A stretch of DNA of 61,797 bases, counting the filler, from Choristocarpus tenellus KU-1152 (taxonomy: Eukaryota; Protista; Phaeophyceae), in assembly GCA_964200185.2 (NCBI GenBank). It is 8 parts of 8 records of this genome, joined end to end, with 100 filler letters (N's around TTAATTAATTAA, not from the genome) between each part and the next. Parts side by side here need not be neighbours in the genome. Positions count along the whole stretch, not along the records: positions 59,268 to 61,797 come from CAXNAD020027016.1; 7 more parts are not named here. One strand, given 5' to 3'. A model generated the notes under the pieces. It made no database searches. It was given only the letters and a program-made list of their open reading frames with translations, and was not told the DNA's origin. Positions 59,522-61,797 of the stretch are shown piece after piece. Numbering within the stretch: position 1 is the first letter of the stretch; each line of letters begins with the position of its first letter. Position numbers and translations under genes: made by a program.

Positions 59522-59958
59522 GAGTTAAAGTATATTAGAGGGTATGAGTTTTTCCCTGTTTGTCCATTTGGGGCTTGGCCTCCCATGGGTTTTTTAGAAC
59601 ATTTTACCTACTCTGAAATGTTTAAGAGCGAACCAAAGTATCTAAGGGGGGGGGGGTCTACACCAGAGTGTCCACTTGGACCAAAACCAGCAAAAGTGCA
59701 CTTTCATTATCCATCCAACGTATGGAACCAAATCACCCAAATATCGTGACTTGAAAAAATTGGCCCCAAATGGCCAGCTGCCACCCCCCCAGATACTTTG
59801 AGCCAGTAGGTAAAATGTGTATGTTATGGAAAAGTGTATCTGGAACAAGGATATTGACATCTTCTAAAAAATACGATAGCCATAATTACTTCCAAATTGC
59901 AATATGGGATTTTGGACCTCAAATGGACGCGGCTCTACCCTTGAAGATACTTTGACTG
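59522..59958 (-). mobile_element. MITE family A (TSD TCT) containing a nested family B MITE at 59630-59804
   Basis: The two A halves are colinear with the consensus. B insert GAACCAAAGTATCT...AGATACTTTGAGCC is flanked by AGC/AGT. Confidence 0.9.
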
Positions 59959-60859
59959 TCTGAGGTCTGGTTACTCTCTTGCCTCATCTCCTTTCCTTCC
60001 ATTCCTTCCATAGGTCTTCCTGGTCCCTTTTATTCTGAAGAACCTGTCATCTCCTGGTTTCCATCCATTTCACGAAAAAAGAGATTAAAAAAAAAAGTGT
60101 TAGGTGGTGGCTACTTTTCCTCTTATCTGACTGTTCTCCTCCTTTTCTGTTATCTGATGTCCCTGGTCGATACATACATACACAGATATCAGAAATAGTT
60201 ACATCGTTTTTCGATGGATCCGATTTCACACCTATGATGAAGTCAGAAAATGATTCATACCATTAAGGAATTGATTGCCGTCTTAAGGCATTGAGCCCTA
60301 CAGGTTTCAGGTTTAGGCTGGTTCGTCATGTTCGTGTCTGTGCTCATCTGAACGTGTGGATTGGTGAAGTGAACGACTTCATACATACTAGATGAGTAGA
60401 GAAAAAGCATAGGAGTTGCATACACATATTGGGAAGGTGCTCCTAGCAGGAGTCAAGGCCCATTAAAAAAACCCTGACTACCTGCTGAGCCATCATAGTC
60501 CGTTCCATTGATAAAAAAAACCTGCAGTGAGGGTAACAAGTAAACCCAACGTCGTATATTGTATTGGTTCTATGTTAAAGAGGGAAAGAGAGGAAGCATA
60601 TGGTAAGGTAAAGAACAGAGAACATGACAAAGGAAGTCTAAGATCGACGTGGGGGTCTTCAAAATGACCTACAAAAAATAGCCACAAGCTATCTGAATAT
60701 ACGCCTATTCAGCATGAGTCTTCCATGCAGATATTGGAGATCTAGCAAGGAAGGGTGAACACGGAGCTAAGCGGAGGGATCAATCTGGATGTTTAACATG
60801 GCAGTGAGAGAACTCCTGTTGAATAACACCTTGAACTCGATAAACAGATCACAGCCCCC

Positions 60860-61143
60860 TGTGCCAAAAATGGAAAACTTGTACACCATGATGGGGGAGC
60901 AGGCGGGAATCCACCAGAAGCTCTAGTGGAGCAAACCATAGGGGGCAACAAGGGTGGAAGGTAGTATGGGCTATGGTGGGGGAAGATGTATGGTGGTACT
61001 GTTACAGGGTGGAAATCTCGGAAGGACCTCCGTGTTACAGAGCGCTTCAGAACTCCCCTCCACAGGATGTGTAACTCAAATCCAACAACCTTAAAATGAC
61101 GCTGTGGGGGTGTTGCCTTTGATAATAGTTCCTTAGGTGTCAG
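60860..61143 (-). repeat. Interspersed repeat family E; second copy at 58850-58955 (+)
   Basis: Reverse complement CTGACACCTAAGGAACTATTATCAAAGGCAACACCCCCACAGCGTCATTTTAAGG matches CTGACACCCTACAAACTGTTATCAAGGGCAACGCCCCCATAGCGTCGTTTTAAGG. Confidence 0.8.
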
Positions 61144-61797
61144 ACAGCCTTCTCTCGATACTCCGCTCAGTGCGTAGCTCAAAATTCGACTCAATGTTTC
61201 ATTCGAGATAAAGACTGTTTAAAGAGGGGTGATGATTTTGACCAAAAGCCCTTTTACTATTTTCGTTTCCACCCAATTTCTTTGATCTTCTATGCACCTA
61301 CTGTATACGTACTCCAATCATAAACCTTTATTCTGCAACTTCTTAGGAACTTTGACGTTTTCTTCTGTAATGTTACGTATGCAATACGAATCTTACTCTG
61401 TATATTCTAGGGAATCAGCATATATTCTATAAGGCTACTTATGTGCTACTAATCTAGTATACTGCTTGTGCATGTTTGAACGCGAGAAGAAACGCTCACG
61501 CTATTCGCCTGTAATAGTACCAAAACTATAGTACCAGCTTCGCCCTCGAGGGTTGTCCCGTCAGAGACTTGATGTAGACATCGGATTGAAGAAATAAAAA
61601 GAAAATTCGTGATGCCCGTCACAATGCCCTCCAGAGTAAGGGCCTCGTAATTTTTCGCCATTTTTCATTTTTTGAAGAAAGAGCGGTCATATTGGGGTTC
61701 GAACCCCGAATTGTAGGTCACCAAGAGTGGCAACAGATATACTATTACTTGATTAAAGTATAGGGTTTAGACAGGAAAAAAGCCTCCTGACCCTTTC

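Noticed and set aside
61449-61661. ATG-initiated 70-aa ORF (MAKNYEAL...)
   Set aside because: Could be a first exon, but no domain or confident downstream exon was found.
61694-61707. GGGGTTCGAACCCC tRNA T-arm-like motif
   Set aside because: No A box or cloverleaf visible on either strand; at most a SINE or tRNA fragment.

Overview
Eukaryotic, intron-rich genomic DNA, most likely a stramenopile such as a brown alga (inferred from TTAGGG repeats, GT/GC-AG introns, a BH0493-type uronate isomerase and DD39D-like mariners). The window is not contiguous: eight contigs are joined by artificial 100-nt linkers (44 N + TTAATTAATTAA + 44 N), so neighbourhood across linkers means nothing. Hand-assembled spliced genes are an RCC1-repeat gene head-to-head with a 3beta-HSD/SDR42E-like gene (catalytic Tyr replaced by Val), a uronate isomerase, a 3R-MYB factor, a sulfotransferase fragment, the C-terminal part of VPS13 and several hypothetical fragments. 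Non-coding DNA holds three non-autonomous MITE families (A, B, D) sharing a GAGTCAAAGTA-like terminus and 3-bp TSDs, a decayed PIF/Harbinger transposase (candidate partner lineage), two decayed mariners, two long-TIR foldback elements, a tRNA-derived SINE-like element and many short interstitial TTAGGG arrays, some inserted into MITE ends. No CRISPR, Fanzor/TnpB or viral gene was recognised. Exon coordinates are read by eye and may be off by a few bases.
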